From a virus, in the IMG/VR virus record IMGVR_UViG_3300036939_000039, positions 1 through 64,000 of that record: a DNA stretch of 64,000 nt, one strand, 5' to 3'. Below the pieces are notes generated by a model that saw only the letters and a program-made list of their open reading frames with translations, ran no database searches and was not told the DNA's origin. The position numbers and the translations under genes are program-made. This document shows positions 26,319 through 34,348 of this stretch, in pieces (positions within the stretch are counted from its first letter, which is position 1; each line of letters opens with the position of its first letter).

Positions 26319-26603
26319 ATGTCAGCCATTATCTCTAAGCGTGAAAAGGAAATTAACGCAGCGATCGCGGCTGAGTTTCGAGTATTAAGAGCACGAAGAG
26401 GTTGGGGCAATAAAGCGATCGCGCAAATCTTTAAAAAACACGGGTTAGAGGTCAATGACTTGCAACGCATTCAAGCACTGGCAACGGGAAAACGGCGCTT
26501 GTATGGAGCAGAATTGATTATTTTATTGGCGTATGGGCTAAATGTTAGTGATATAGTGGCAGACGTCAAGAAAATCAACAGCAAAGATAATCTGCTGATG
26601 TGA
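26319..26603 (+). CDS. XRE/Cro-type helix-turn-helix regulator
   Basis: 94 aa. LRARRGWGNKAIAQIF...IQALATGKRRLYGAELIILLAYGLNVS fits the HTH_XRE layout. Divergent from the fibre operon. Confidence 0.55.
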   Translation: MSAIISKREKEINAAIAAEFRVLRARRGWGNKAIAQIFKKHGLEVNDLQRIQALATGKRRLYGAELIILLAYGLNVSDIVADVKKINSKDNLLM

Positions 26604-26607
26604 TTGA

Positions 26608-26621
26608 GTCTAATATTAGAC
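26608..26621. repeat. 14-bp palindrome (exact)
   Basis: Lies 4 nt after the XRE stop and 17 nt upstream of the J-like ATG, with AGGA in between. Confidence 0.97.
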
Positions 26622-26638
26622 AGCGCTAGGACAAAAAA

Positions 26639-29600
26639 ATGATAGATGAGCGATCGCTTCTTGTGCATTTAAGCGCATATCATGGAATTGAGTTAGAGCC
26701 AGGGGAACTGCGATCGCTGTTAGCCTATATTCAAGAAGTAGCGAAAACGGAACGAGATCATCGGCTAGAGCCAAATGAGGTACAGAATTTACCTGTCGCA
26801 GTCGCGGTTGTTGGAGGGGCGCTAGGCGGTTTTTTTGCCCCTGCACTAGGGGTAAGCACAATCGCTGGTATCCTGATTGGCGCTAGCCTGTTTTCAAAGC
26901 TATTTGATTTATTCAATAGACCAAAGCAGGAAGAGGAGCCTACACGAGCTTACGGATTTGATTCTGTTGTCAATCTAGTGCCACTGTCAGGCGCAATACC
27001 AATGATCTGGTGCAACAGAGAAATCAATCCAAATGGTGGGGTGCGTGCCAGTGGATTTTTAATTCATGCCAGGGTGGAAACGTTCAAGGGTTCGCAACGC
27101 TACTACGGATTACAGGCATTTGGCTATGGAAGAGTCGGAGAAATTGACGAGTCTGAGTTACTAATAGATGATCAACCCCTGGATAATTTCCTTGCTGGCG
27201 ATATTGAGCAATATGTGCGGTTAGGGACAGCAGATCAAACGATAATTAACGAGTTTCCATTTTATTCGCAAGCAATCAGCCCCAATGCAAATACTTCGTT
27301 AGGGGTGGATTTGCGAGGGGAGGCTAAGCGTATCAATTCGATCATCAATAACATTTCGGTCAACGGAAGTGTAACTAACGGGTATCTCGCCTCAGTAAAT
27401 CCTACTCGGTTTGTAAAAAATGCGGGGACGATTGCAACTTTTGTTAGCGAAGAACAGATTGCCCAAGATGACGGATGGGTGCAAGGACAAGTTTTATCAG
27501 GCGATCGCGTTATTCGGCTCGGAATGTCCATTAATAATGCATTCAGGTTTTACTTCCAGACTCTAGAAAATGGACATTATGTAATCATTGAAAATGACGT
27601 TATTGCCTTTACATCGGGCACGCCGCCAACACCTGCAACGTATGTAGTTAATGATGTTTTTCGGGTTGAATATCAATCAGGGACACTACTTTATCGTAAG
27701 AATGGAAATGTTGTTTTTACCTCTACGTTGCTACCTGCTTATCCTGCAAAGTTGCAATGCCAAATTATTGACGGTGCCATTAGTGCGTTTGATGTGCAAG
27801 TCTATGATTTGCGACTAGCTGATGTCACGATTGATGAGTTTGGCAATGTTGAGCCTGTGACGGGTTCAACTACGCTTAGTGTTGATGAGGATGACATAGA
27901 GAAGTTTACGCCAAGCGATCGCTATCGAGTTAACGGCGTAAACTTTTCTATTGTCGATAAGAACGAAAACATATTAACAGTTGATGTACCTATAACTGTT
28001 GGCGGCAACGATGAGATTTACGCTGTGTATACAGCAAAGTTTGAGAATACGCAGAACGTCAGCCAAGTTGATTTTAATTTCATCTTTAGCTTGTGGGGAA
28101 GAGATAAAGACGGAAAATTAAAAAGGCACGCGATCGCTTTTGATATTTATATAAAGCCCACTACTTCCACCGAGTTTATTCGCCTCTACCGAATATTTGT
28201 TGCAAACAAAAATCAAGGAGAAATACGGCGCGGCTTAAAAATCAAAAATTTACCATTCGGAAAATATCAATTTGAGTTTCGCTCACTTGAAAGAGTGTCT
28301 GGTGATTTACCTATTCTCCGGCTAGGCGACGGAGGGGCGCTCACGAGCACGCCGTCAGGCATCACTATTGGAGTCAACTCCATCATCCTTGAGACGGAGT
28401 ATGCAGAACCACCGGATGATGATGACGCCAATGATGATTTAGATTTTGATGACAAAGAGCAAGTTAGTAGCCAAAACGGGGCACCGGGTCGCATTACCTC
28501 TATCAATGAGATTACACTGCCGATTGATTTAGGTCACCCTCAAGTATCGCGCTACCCTAAGCTTTCATTGCTGGGGTTAAAGGCGATCGCCTCAGAGCGC
28601 CTACAGTCAACCCCAACCCCTAGCGCTCTCTTTCGTAAGGGTAGAATAGGATGGGCGTTACTTGCTGCTGGTGAGGCAGCTATCCCCTCCCTAGACAATC
28701 AATTGGTGAGCTTTGCTGAAGATTTTGTTGCTCTAGGAATACAACCGGGAAATAGAATCAGAAACCTTGACAAGAAAACTGATGAGGTGATTGCATCTGT
28801 CACTATGTCTGCATTGAGCACTATTGCAAGTATGCAATGGGAGAAAGGCGATCGCTATCTAATTTATGTGGAGGAATCACTGTGCTACTTTCCGGACGTT
28901 CTAGCGGATGCAGTGCGATCGCCCGATGGGGGATTACATGAACTAGTGGACGCCGATCAAGTAATTGATTATGTAAGCTTCTTAAAATCTAAGCGGTTCT
29001 GCAAAGCCAACAATTTCTACTGGGATGGAACCTTGGCAGAAACATCTAATATTGTTGACTGGGCTGAGAGGGAAGCACCCCTATCTTTATTATTTCCTTC
29101 CATTATTGACGGAAGATTAGCGCTAGTCCCTGAACAGTATGAACCCCCGATCGCAACCTTCAATGATGCTGCAATGGAATCCTATAGTGAAACCTTGCTG
29201 CAACCCAAGGAATACAATCAAGTTAATGTCCGGTACAAAGATGGCAGTGATACACGGTTTAAAGAGAAAACAGTGACCATTGCAACTATCGAAGCATTTA
29301 ACGGATTAGAGCCTATATACGAGGCACCTACAATCGATGCAATTAGCTCAGTTACTAACTTTGCCCAAGCGGAAAGAATAGGGCAGATTTTTTTGCAATC
29401 CTCTAGGTTTCAAGACAGAGGCATCAACTTCTCAACCGGATTGCAAGGCTTAGGTGCTAGACCAGGTAGCCTGATTGTCGCACTCTCTACAATTACTCAG
29501 ATTTATCTTGAAAAGTCTGGGTTTGTTGTTGCAGTACAACTTTATGATTCAGTGACGCGATCGCAAGTTATTAAACTGTCACAGCCAATTGAGATTGGGT

Positions 29601-29905
29601 TTGACAGCAGCTATACAGCTTCCGTTTATCATATTGATGGCACTAACAATCAATCAAATCTTCCAGTTAATACGGTTACAAAAAACGGTGAAGTCTGGCT
29701 GTTAATATCTGAATTGGATGATCCTATAATGCCTAATGGACAAAACAGAACGGGGGACTATATAGTCATCGGCAAAAACTCGCAACTCAGGAGGGTTTTT
29801 AGAATAGCTGGCATTGAGATTCAATCAGAATTTAAATGCTCTGTTGCTGCTACTCGCTGGGATGAGCGGATGCTAGGGAATGAGGGATTAGTGACGATTG
29901 TCTAA
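26639..29905 (+). CDS. lambda gpJ-like tail tip / host specificity protein
   Basis: 1088 aa with collinear blocks resembling lambda J as recalled:
- YPKLSLLGLKAIASERLQS vs YPNTALVGVQVDSEQFGS
- RIGQIFLQSSRFQDRGINFSTGLQGLGARPGSLI vs RAGLWLIKTELLETQTVDFSVGAEGLRHVPGDVI. Confidence 0.75.
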   Translation: MIDERSLLVHLSAYHGIELEPGELRSLLAYIQEVAKTERDHRLEPNEVQNLPVAVAVVGGALGGFFAPALGVSTIAGILIGASLFSKLFDLFNRPKQEEEPTRAYGFDSVVNLVPLSGAIPMIWCNREINPNGGVRASGFLIHARVETFKGSQRYYGLQAFGYGRVGEIDESELLIDDQPLDNFLAGDIEQYVRLGTADQTIINEFPFYSQAISPNANTSLGVDLRGEAKRINSIINNISVNGSVTNGYLASVNPTRFVKNAGTIATFVSEEQIAQDDGWVQGQVLSGDRVIRLGMSINNAFRFYFQTLENGHYVIIENDVIAFTSGTPPTPATYVVNDVFRVEYQSGTLLYRKNGNVVFTSTLLPAYPAKLQCQIIDGAISAFDVQVYDLRLADVTIDEFGNVEPVTGSTTLSVDEDDIEKFTPSDRYRVNGVNFSIVDKNENILTVDVPITVGGNDEIYAVYTAKFENTQNVSQVDFNFIFSLWGRDKDGKLKRHAIAFDIYIKPTTSTEFIRLYRIFVANKNQGEIRRGLKIKNLPFGKYQFEFRSLERVSGDLPILRLGDGGALTSTPSGITIGVNSIILETEYAEPPDDDDANDDLDFDDKEQVSSQNGAPGRITSINEITLPIDLGHPQVSRYPKLSLLGLKAIASERLQSTPTPSALFRKGRIGWALLAAGEAAIPSLDNQLVSFAEDFVALGIQPGNRIRNLDKKTDEVIASVTMSALSTIASMQWEKGDRYLIYVEESLCYFPDVLADAVRSPDGGLHELVDADQVIDYVSFLKSKRFCKANNFYWDGTLAETSNIVDWAEREAPLSLLFPSIIDGRLALVPEQYEPPIATFNDAAMESYSETLLQPKEYNQVNVRYKDGSDTRFKEKTVTIATIEAFNGLEPIYEAPTIDAISSVTNFAQAERIGQIFLQSSRFQDRGINFSTGLQGLGARPGSLIVALSTITQIYLEKSGFVVAVQLYDSVTRSQVIKLSQPIEIGFDSSYTASVYHIDGTNNQSNLPVNTVTKNGEVWLLISELDDPIMPNGQNRTGDYIVIGKNSQLRRVFRIAGIEIQSEFKCSVAATRWDERMLGNEGLVTIV

Positions 29906-29917
29906 TATTAGACAATC
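29896..29917. repeat. 22-bp perfect palindrome GATTGTCTAATATTAGACAATC (14-mer core at 29900-29913)
   Basis: Contains the stop codons of both convergent genes, J-like (+) and K-like (-). Confidence 0.97.
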
Positions 29918-30294
29918 ACCTCCACTGCATGTAGTCGCCAAATCCCGTGAATCTTGCTTTGCAATTGTTCCATAGGTAGCCATTGAGCACCCCTAGAATA
30001 CGACATAAACACAATGCCATTGTCTAGGATAGTGCCCAGCGCGATCGCCTTCCCTAGCCCCAATGCAACCAAATCTCCGTCCTTGGCATTGTTAACTCTG
30101 GCTGCGTAAAACTCTAGCATTTGTATTACAAAATCATCAGGTAATGTCACCTCATCGTACCTTTGATACAACCATCCTAGATTAGGCAATGCAGAAAAAT
30201 TACATTGCTGTCTAACCCAATAAGCTAAGCTGAAACAATCCCAGATTTCCCATTGATAGGGGCTAGCTGGAAGCTGGAAGTTAAGTGTATTCAT
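29908..30294 (-). CDS. NlpC/P60-like tail protein (lambda gpK-like C-terminal half)
   Basis: WDCFSLAYWV (catalytic Cys context) and DGDLVALG. ATGA overlap with the L-like gene. Confidence 0.5.
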   Translation of the reverse strand: MNTLNFQLPASPYQWEIWDCFSLAYWVRQQCNFSALPNLGWLYQRYDEVTLPDDFVIQMLEFYAARVNNAKDGDLVALGLGKAIALGTILDNGIVFMSYSRGAQWLPMEQLQSKIHGIWRLHAVEVIV

Positions 30295-30818
30295 GATAGT
30301 TGCAAAGCCGATGAACTTCTGGGAACTTGCACTAGACCCGGTAAATCAGGGTTGCCGTTACCTGTACCAGTGCGCCAATGTACGGAAGGGATAGAACCCC
30401 TACCCGTAATGCTTAATGGTGACTGCATGTTGATTCTGATCGATGCTCCATCATACTGAATTGGATCGTCAGATAGCTGGAATCGCCAGACTTGAGGGAT
30501 GTCACTAGCCAGGTAAGGCAAATAGACGAGATTGACGTTAAGAAGCGATCGCCTCAGCCCGTCGTTGTCCTCTATGAATTGCCTGTACGTTTTATCATTT
30601 GGTAACTCTAGCGTTGCATTGCTAGAATTCGGCTCTAAACTTCGTGGTGGAGGGGTGAACTCTCCCATGGCAAGGTAATTGTATATCTTGCCGTCCCCGT
30701 CCCATTCAATGGGTTCAACACTAAAGTTTTGATGCAGAAAAATTAGACCATTCTGTAATTGCAATCTTGCTAATAATCCAATCCGAACTGATGCTAAATC
30801 ATAAGATTGAATTGTCAA
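30291..30818 (-). CDS. lambda gpL-like minor tail protein
   Basis: IFLHQNFSVEPIEWDGDGKIYNYLAMGEF...SSNATLELPN parallels the gpL stretch YFFCNEQ..GEPVTWQGRQYQPYPIQGSGFE...TRPTLTVSN. Confidence 0.55.
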   Translation of the reverse strand: MTIQSYDLASVRIGLLARLQLQNGLIFLHQNFSVEPIEWDGDGKIYNYLAMGEFTPPPRSLEPNSSNATLELPNDKTYRQFIEDNDGLRRSLLNVNLVYLPYLASDIPQVWRFQLSDDPIQYDGASIRINMQSPLSITGRGSIPSVHWRTGTGNGNPDLPGLVQVPRSSSALQLS

Positions 30819-31264
30819 GCGATCGCTCCTTTTAACTCAACATTTACATTATAAATACCACACCCTTTCAGCACCATAATTAATTCTCCATCTACAACGA
30901 TCTCCCTGTCTTGTTGACTGACAACTACCTCCATCGATAAAGATTCTTGATTGAATCGCCAGTATGCATTACTGGTATTTGCAATTCTTTTAACTATTTC
31001 ATCGGGATGATAGAAAATGCTATTTGGCAACAGAAAAGCGTCACCATACATGCCCCCTACTAAATCCCAAAAATACCAAATCGCCCTCAAGTTATCGGGT
31101 TGAATTGCCTGGTACTCTAGTGTCATCATTTGCCCTATGGGCAAGAATTGAAACCTTACATTCTGGGTGTTTCCATCTCTAAATTCAGAGCGTGAACCCT
31201 TGTATGATGCTGTCATAATAGGGCTGATTTTATTGGGCTTAGGAGTGGACGGATAGACTAACAT
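30815..31264 (-). CDS. lambda gpM-like minor tail protein
   Basis: SEFRDGNTQ vs gpM RFGDGYSQ, and AIWYFWDLVGGMYGDAFLLP vs LESFLEEHGGWKSFLWTP. First gene of an M-L-K operon. Confidence 0.55.
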   Translation of the reverse strand: MLVYPSTPKPNKISPIMTASYKGSRSEFRDGNTQNVRFQFLPIGQMMTLEYQAIQPDNLRAIWYFWDLVGGMYGDAFLLPNSIFYHPDEIVKRIANTSNAYWRFNQESLSMEVVVSQQDREIVVDGELIMVLKGCGIYNVNVELKGAIA

Positions 31265-31271
31265 TTATAAT

Positions 31272-31285
31272 GTCTAATATTGGAC
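31272..31285. repeat. palindrome variant GTCTAATATTGGAC (1 mismatch)
   Basis: The only notable element in the 36-nt divergent gap. Lies 7 nt from the M-like ATG and 15 nt from the ATG at 31301. Confidence 0.9.
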
Positions 31286-31300
31286 TTTCACGTTAATTCT

Positions 31301-32728
31301 ATGAGATCGCCTATTGCGCCGCAACCCGGTAGACCACGAGTTATTGACCAGCTATGGAAAACACTTAATCAATTTCGTAAATCAATTATCCAAGGATATA
31401 AACGACCGATCGCGCATTTTTATAGCCCAGTGAGCTTAGATAGGGAATTGGACAGCGATCGCAACTATGACCAAGAAATTTATGGTTGGGTCATTCGAGA
31501 TCCGGAGCGCAACATTCCGGTTGTTGAAATGGTAGAGCGATCGCCTGAAGTGAGACTATGCCTAGGTCGCATTCAAGACGCCTTATGGGGTTCTCATGAG
31601 GGAGAAAACGGGTTTACAGTAAGCGATACTTTGGATGACGAGGAGACGCCAATAGATCCAGAAGTCTATGAAATCTTGATGAATGTGCAAGAAGTTTTGG
31701 TGGGGCGATCGCGCCTCAAGCCAGTAACACGCGAAATGATTGCCTATGGTGATTGCTTTATGTCTGTCTCGATCAACCCCAGAACATCGCAGATTGAGGC
31801 AATCACTGAATTACCGACGTTTGAAATGTTCAGAGTTGAAGATAGGCAAGGCAGACTTTTAGGGTTTCAGCAAAGATGGTCAACGAGCGATACTCGGAAC
31901 GCCGTGTCCTTTCATCCGCTTACCTGCATTCATTGGCGCTATGCACGGCAGTGGGGGAATATTTATGGGACGCCAATGTTTAGCGCTGCATTGAACGATT
32001 GGCATCGACTTTGCCAAGCTGATGAGGATTTAGCCAAGGGGGCTAACGCCGTGGGAGTCAACCCCTTGATTCATCAACTGCCAGATGTTTATACCGACGA
32101 AGAGGTGGCAGCCTATAAGCGCGCTATAGAGGAGCAACAGGCTAGGGGTGTGGTCAATGCCTACTACCCCCCTGCGGATGTCATCATCCAACCTGCCTAT
32201 AGTACAACGCCTAACATTGACGGATTAATTCAATATTTCAAGCTAAGGAGCGATCGCATTCTAGATCAGTCTTCCGTCCCTTCCTACCTTTCAGGACGTG
32301 AGATATCGGGCGCTAAGGAGATAGGAGAGCAACCTGCAATGGCTTTTGCACGGCTCATCAATTCAATCCGCAATGACTTTACAGGACTAGGACAACCTGG
32401 TTACGATTCTGGATTACGGCATTTATTCAATCTGGCATTGGCGCTCGCGGATATTCCCAAGGAGAAATGGCTATATAGAATCATTTTTCCCCCTGCCTAT
32501 GTATCTGTATATCAGTCTACTAACGGGTTATCAGTCGAAGCTGACAAAAAAGGAATTGATGATATTTCGGCAATCAATTACAAATCGAATCATCAAGTCA
32601 ATGCTAATCCTAATCACTGGGTTGGCTGTTACCTTCCAGAAAATCTAACTGATCTGGACAGCCCCGATTGGGGTAGCGTTCCAAAGCAGGTTAGAGAAAG
32701 ACTAGTGGAAAGCTTAGCCAAGCCTTGA
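31301..32728 (+). CDS. portal-like protein (tentative)
   Basis: 475 aa. MIAYGDCFMSV and GNIYGTPMFSAALNDW resemble portal-family blocks. The ORF-track TTG at 31280 lies inside the palindrome, so ATG 31301 is preferred. Confidence 0.4.
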   Translation: MRSPIAPQPGRPRVIDQLWKTLNQFRKSIIQGYKRPIAHFYSPVSLDRELDSDRNYDQEIYGWVIRDPERNIPVVEMVERSPEVRLCLGRIQDALWGSHEGENGFTVSDTLDDEETPIDPEVYEILMNVQEVLVGRSRLKPVTREMIAYGDCFMSVSINPRTSQIEAITELPTFEMFRVEDRQGRLLGFQQRWSTSDTRNAVSFHPLTCIHWRYARQWGNIYGTPMFSAALNDWHRLCQADEDLAKGANAVGVNPLIHQLPDVYTDEEVAAYKRAIEEQQARGVVNAYYPPADVIIQPAYSTTPNIDGLIQYFKLRSDRILDQSSVPSYLSGREISGAKEIGEQPAMAFARLINSIRNDFTGLGQPGYDSGLRHLFNLALALADIPKEKWLYRIIFPPAYVSVYQSTNGLSVEADKKGIDDISAINYKSNHQVNANPNHWVGCYLPENLTDLDSPDWGSVPKQVRERLVESLAKP

Positions 32729-32736
32729 CGTCCAGT

Positions 32737-32750
32737 GTCTAATATTAGAC
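32737..32750. repeat. 14-bp palindrome (exact)
   Basis: Lies 8 nt after the stop at 32728 and 8 nt upstream of a TTGACT -35 box. Confidence 0.97.
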
Positions 32751-32758
32751 ATCAAGCC

Positions 32759-32787
32759 TTGACTTATAGGTGTTAGGGGGCTATGGT
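32759..32787 (+). promoter_or_regulatory. sigma70-type promoter
   Basis: TTGACT (32759-32764), 17-nt spacer containing GGTGTTAG, then TATGGT (32782-32787). Confidence 0.5.
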
Positions 32788-32818
32788 AAATACAGTCCTA
32801 AGTAAGTTGTAGGCAAAT

Positions 32819-33157
32819 ATGTCCACGAATTGGATCGACGTAAGCGAACAATTACCATTAAGAGAAAACGAAGTATGCTATCTAGTGGCATACCTTAATC
32901 CTTTTTTTGGAAAGCTTACCCTTGAAATTACACTAGCAAGTTTTGACAGTCCAAATGATTATGAAAATCCTGAAGATGCGGAGGGGTGGAAGGATTGCTG
33001 CACGGGCAAAAAGATACTTGTAACTCATTGGCAGAAATTACCTAATCTGCCTCACAGCGAATTTGACGGAATCGATCAACTAAAGTTTAAAAATCAATTT
33101 GGCACTATTCGCCCAAAACTAGGATGTGTGACCAGGGTTGACACCCCCGCGATTTAA
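32819..33157 (+). CDS. DUF551-like protein
   Basis: WIDVSEQLP ... VTHWQKLPNLP matches the typical DUF551 pattern (WI.v.d.lP ... vthWmplP). Confidence 0.5.
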   Translation: MSTNWIDVSEQLPLRENEVCYLVAYLNPFFGKLTLEITLASFDSPNDYENPEDAEGWKDCCTGKKILVTHWQKLPNLPHSEFDGIDQLKFKNQFGTIRPKLGCVTRVDTPAI

Positions 33158-33180
33158 AATACGCAGGATCTACTTCTATC

Positions 33181-33218
33181 ATTGTAACCCCACATCCTTT
33201 TGGGCGTGGGGTTACAAT
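33181..33218 (+). terminator. 13-bp perfect hairpin, possible terminator
   Basis: attgtaaccccac / gtggggttacaat with a 12-nt loop. Only a weak U-tract. Confidence 0.45.
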
Positions 33219-33235
33219 ATTTCTATAGTAGTCCA

Positions 33236-33249
33236 GTCTAATATTAGAC
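33236..33249. repeat. 14-bp palindrome (exact)
   Basis: Part of a roughly 50-bp unit repeated from 32731 (palindrome plus promoter). Confidence 0.97.
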
Positions 33250-33257
33250 ATCAAGTC

Positions 33258-33287
33258 TTGACTTGTGGGTGTTAGGTAAGCTATGCT
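33258..33287 (+). promoter_or_regulatory. sigma70-type promoter
   Basis: TTGACT, 18-nt spacer containing GGTGTTAG, then TATGCT. Confidence 0.45.
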
Positions 33288-33336
33288 GAATGCAGCCTTA
33301 ATTGAATCATCGTTAATCTTAGGGACGTTCAGAAGC

Positions 33337-34155
33337 ATGAGTAAATTTATTTCTCGAAAAACCCTAGAAATCTCTCACTCTAAAACGTATGAAATGAAAG
33401 AAAGACTCAAGGAATTAGGGTGTGAGTGGGATTCAATTGCAAAAGCATGGATTGCCCCAAGCCTTGAAGTGAAAGAGCTGTGCTATCAATTATTAGAAGA
33501 GGCTGAAGATACCACTATCAAACGACCTTTTTTTGGACAGTGTGGGTGGGATAATGCCCCCACTGATTGGAGTGAAGTAATAGGTGAACCAGCTCCCCCG
33601 CTCAAACAAGAAAAGTCTATTGCCTATAGCCCAGGCTATAGTGATGCACAAAAAATCTGTGGAGAAGAAAACGCTAGGCGCTATTGGCATCCATCAATTC
33701 CAAGTGAAGCCGCTAGTTTATTAGCTAGTGGAGAGAATAAGGAAAATGCAATTTACCAAAGACTAGAGGAAGAAGGCTGGACGTCTCGCCAAATATCTCT
33801 CTTGCTAGACGTTGTTAATCATTTTCGCCAACATCCCCCGATTCCAGCGTTAGATGAAGTAACAGGCAACCCGCCCATCCTAAGTACAACAAGCGTTGAT
33901 CCAATTGAAATGAATGGCTCAATCGGAGTAATTTGTGATGGCAACAAAAGCCCTATTGCTTTTACTGTCACGTTCCCTTACTCCAACCAAATGGTAAATC
34001 GCATTAAATGGCTTCCTGGTCGAAAGTGGAATCCCGCAAGAAAGCGATGGGAAGTTCCAATTGATTCAAAATACGGGCATGAAGATACCTTAGCAATGTT
34101 CCCTCATTTCCAGCGCAGTCCAAAAGCTCAGGAGTTGGAGAAATCAAAACCGTGA
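33337..34155 (+). CDS. hypothetical DNA-associated protein
   Basis: ATG 33337 is preferred because the ORF-track start at 33283 overlaps the -10 box. KERLKELGCEWDSIAKAWIAP and RIKWLPGRKWNPARKRWEVP resemble KxLGxxWDxxxKxW-type motifs. Confidence 0.4.
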   Translation: MSKFISRKTLEISHSKTYEMKERLKELGCEWDSIAKAWIAPSLEVKELCYQLLEEAEDTTIKRPFFGQCGWDNAPTDWSEVIGEPAPPLKQEKSIAYSPGYSDAQKICGEENARRYWHPSIPSEAASLLASGENKENAIYQRLEEEGWTSRQISLLLDVVNHFRQHPPIPALDEVTGNPPILSTTSVDPIEMNGSIGVICDGNKSPIAFTVTFPYSNQMVNRIKWLPGRKWNPARKRWEVPIDSKYGHEDTLAMFPHFQRSPKAQELEKSKP

Positions 34156-34176
34156 ATTAATTGCATTACATAAACG

Positions 34177-34209
34177 AACCCCGACTTATGCGTGTAAGTC
34201 GGGGTTTTT
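34177..34209 (+). terminator. Rho-independent terminator
   Basis: aaccccgactta / taagtcggggtt stem, 6-nt loop, TTTTT. Confidence 0.8.
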
Positions 34210-34243
34210 GTATCTCTCTGTTAACAGGTTGAATTTTTGATGC

Positions 34244-34279
34244 TTCCTGGGAGAAAAAACCCCTGTATTTACCACTATA
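34244..34279 (-). terminator. Rho-independent terminator for the methyltransferase operon
   Basis: cccctgtattta / taaatacagggg stem preceded by an A-run on the plus strand, which reads as a U-tract on the minus strand. Confidence 0.75.
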
Positions 34280-34348
34280 AATACAGGGGCGCATGACGCA
34301 TTGTGTTGGGAAAAATTTTAAATTTATAGGTAGATACTAACCCAATTA

